Assembly: GCA_019057385.1 (NCBI GenBank)
Contig: JAHQJS010000004.1
Location: forward strand, 1,072,968-1,136,967
Length of the DNA: 64,000 nt
Direction: 5' to 3'
Source: Candidatus Borrarchaeum weybense
GTDB lineage: Archaea; Asgardarchaeota; Sifarchaeia; Borrarchaeales; Borrarchaeaceae
The notes beneath the pieces are model-generated. The model had not been told where the DNA came from, ran no database searches, and saw nothing but the letters and a program-made list of their open reading frames with translations. Made by a program: the position numbers and the translations under genes. Positions within the stretch are counted from its first letter, which is position 1. Each line of letters starts with the position of its first letter. Shown here piece by piece: positions 62,073 to 64,000 of this stretch.

Positions 62073-63341
62073 TCAAAACTTCATTTTAATTATAACCGCA
62101 GTACCAATACCAACAATAAATGCTGCGATAAAGAACGATAGAAAAAAACCAACATAAAAGGCAAGAAAACCTCCTAACAAAGAGCCGACTGTTGTTGCTA
62201 GACTAATGGCTGCATTATACATGCCAAATGCGTTCCCCTGTCGTTCGGGAGGTGCAATATTAGTAAGGAGCGCAGATCCGGAAACCGCAATTATACCCCA
62301 TGTTATGCCTGCGATTAAAAACAATAACGTTACGAAAAATATAGCCCATTGTGGAAAAAGCAATACAAAAATAGCAAAGAATGAAAATATGAATATCCTT
62401 GAGGAAATGGCTGTTGTAAATATTTTCTTGCGTCCAAGGGTTTCCGCCAATTTTCCGGTAATAGCATGTGTGACTGTGGACATAATGGAATTTAATACAT
62501 AAATGAAAAATATTAAGCTGTCATTAATACCCAACGTTTTCAAATATAAAGGAAATGGCAAAAAAGCGACAAAAAATGCGGTAAACAGTATGAATGTTGC
62601 AATATAATAGAGAGGAAGGATATTAGTTAATTCGTATTTGAGGCGTCTCCAAAATTTATGTTGAAAAAAACGTGGCAGTTGAAAAAGGAGTGTTGGAGCA
62701 AAGGCAAGTTTTTCACGTATACCAGGGCGTGGTATTAGAAATGCAAGCATATGGCGCTCAAATGTAATCGGAGGTTCTTCAAGAAGAAAAACTGCAAGGA
62801 TACTGCTTATCCCACAAAATAGAGCACATAATACGAAAAGATAGAGAAGTTCTAACCTAATGAGAAAGATACTTGCAATAAATAGTCCTGCAGTCCATCC
62901 TACTCCGCTAACAAAGTTAAATAAGCCTATCTTTTTTTCCCATAAGGGTTTTGGTGCCAGTTCAATAACAAGCATACTCGATGCAGGGATACATGATGTA
63001 GACAGCAATCCCAACAAGATATTCATCAATATCAGTGCGCCTACAGTAGATGCGAGAGCGGTCATACCGAAAAATATGGTTGCTGTGAGAAAACCAAAGA
63101 AGATGAAAATACTCCGTCTTGCAGACCTATCGGATAGTTTTCCCCAGAGGATAAGTCCAGGAATTGATGCTAAATTGAATGCCGCCACTACCAGTCCAAC
63201 ATCTGCAAGAGATCCTCCAATAAAGACCACATATAGGGGAAACAGTACATTCGCAATCCCGAAGGCTCCTTTATATGGAACAAACGAAAGAGTCCACAGA
63301 CTCTTTTTTCCTTTTTTATGTAACCATTGAGGAGGTTGCAT
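62073..63341 (-). CDS. MFS transporter
   Basis: WGKLSDR and GKLAE.LGRK motif A twice, 12 TM segments. Confidence 0.92.
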   Translation of the reverse strand: MQPPQWLHKKGKKSLWTLSFVPYKGAFGIANVLFPLYVVFIGGSLADVGLVVAAFNLASIPGLILWGKLSDRSARRSIFIFFGFLTATIFFGMTALASTVGALILMNILLGLLSTSCIPASSMLVIELAPKPLWEKKIGLFNFVSGVGWTAGLFIASIFLIRLELLYLFVLCALFCGISSILAVFLLEEPPITFERHMLAFLIPRPGIREKLAFAPTLLFQLPRFFQHKFWRRLKYELTNILPLYYIATFILFTAFFVAFLPFPLYLKTLGINDSLIFFIYVLNSIMSTVTHAITGKLAETLGRKKIFTTAISSRIFIFSFFAIFVLLFPQWAIFFVTLLFLIAGITWGIIAVSGSALLTNIAPPERQGNAFGMYNAAISLATTVGSLLGGFLAFYVGFFLSFFIAAFIVGIGTAVIIKMKF

Positions 63342-63696
63342 CGAACCAGTTTCTCCAGTATATTTATCGAGATCTATGAGTCAACGTCAGCGATTCGCTT
63401 GGATATCAGTACATTTTTTAAATTTAACGTTACAAGTAACAAGAAGGAAGAATTCCTAAATATTATAGAAATCCATAATTCGCAAAGACAAATAGTAACT
63501 TGGACTGTCTATGGAATGGTTTTTTTAACTACAAACCGAAATTTGTAAACTTCCCATCGTTATGATCCAAGTTTTCAAATATTCAGTTTTGCATTTTAAT
63601 TTACATGGCTCATAAAAAAAATGAATGAAAAAAATGATAAAGAAGAGGCGAACATTATTATTGTCTTTTGAGCCTGCTACGAAGGGTGATGGGCGA

Positions 63697-64000
63697 ATGA
63701 CAACGAATTTCGTGAAGGTTAAAGGAGATAAATATTACATAAAAAACGGTACACTAGACCTTCGCAAGAAAGGAATTATTGATTTAAAAAATATCAAAGG
63801 ACTAGAGAACCTCACTAATCTCCAAGAGTTGGATCTTAGTAATAATAAAATAAAAGAAATTAAAGGATTAGAACACCTTATTCACCTAAAGAAGCTAGAT
63901 CTGAGTAATAACGATCTAGAAGAGATCAAGAATTTAGAATCTCTTACTAATCTCCAAGAGTTGGATCTTAGTAATAATAAAATAAAAGAAATTAAAGGAT
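63697..64000 (+). CDS. SDS22-like leucine-rich repeat protein, truncated by the window end
   Basis: Hand translation MTTNFVKVKG...LENLTNLQELDLSNNKIKEIKGLEHLIHLKKLDLSNN...; 22-aa LRRs. Confidence 0.88.
   Translation, partial: MTTNFVKVKGDKYYIKNGTLDLRKKGIIDLKNIKGLENLTNLQELDLSNNKIKEIKGLEHLIHLKKLDLSNNDLEEIKNLESLTNLQELDLSNNKIKEIKG

Overview
AT-rich archaeal chromosomal segment, most likely from an Asgard archaeon. This is inferred from the Roadblock/LC7, longin-wHTH, SDS22-type LRR and coiled-coil TrmB genes alongside archaeal CdhAB, Ski2-like helicase, deoxyhypusine synthase and PdaD. Routine content includes ABC and MFS transporters, cdhAB, the first steps of alpha-aminoadipate lysine synthesis, hisS, glycosyltransferases and a pdaD-MTase-dhs-speB operon. 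The most striking signal is missing from the ORF track: three small genes, each with a good Shine-Dalgarno site, encode peptides with a Lys-rich N-terminus and a Trp-punctuated Asp/Glu-rich core (45349-45462, 45760-45924, 55593-55730), and a fourth encodes a 17-aa basic micropeptide. One acidic peptide gene heads a co-oriented cluster of a PLP enzyme, a MurL-like ATP-dependent epimerase candidate, a Ddl-like ATP-grasp ligase and a GNAT. This is a candidate undescribed peptide-modification (RiPP-like or carrier-peptide) system. Other notable items are a 2[4Fe-4S] ferredoxin with no in-frame start, a CdhA apparently lacking its D-cluster cysteines, a B12-rSAM plus rSAM-SPASM pair (possible GMGT lipid enzymes), an HcgA-type CX5CX2C radical SAM gene, and a half-size MFS behind a perfect palindromic operator. 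No rRNA, tRNA or CRISPR array was seen. All family assignments come from motif recognition by eye, with no database searches.
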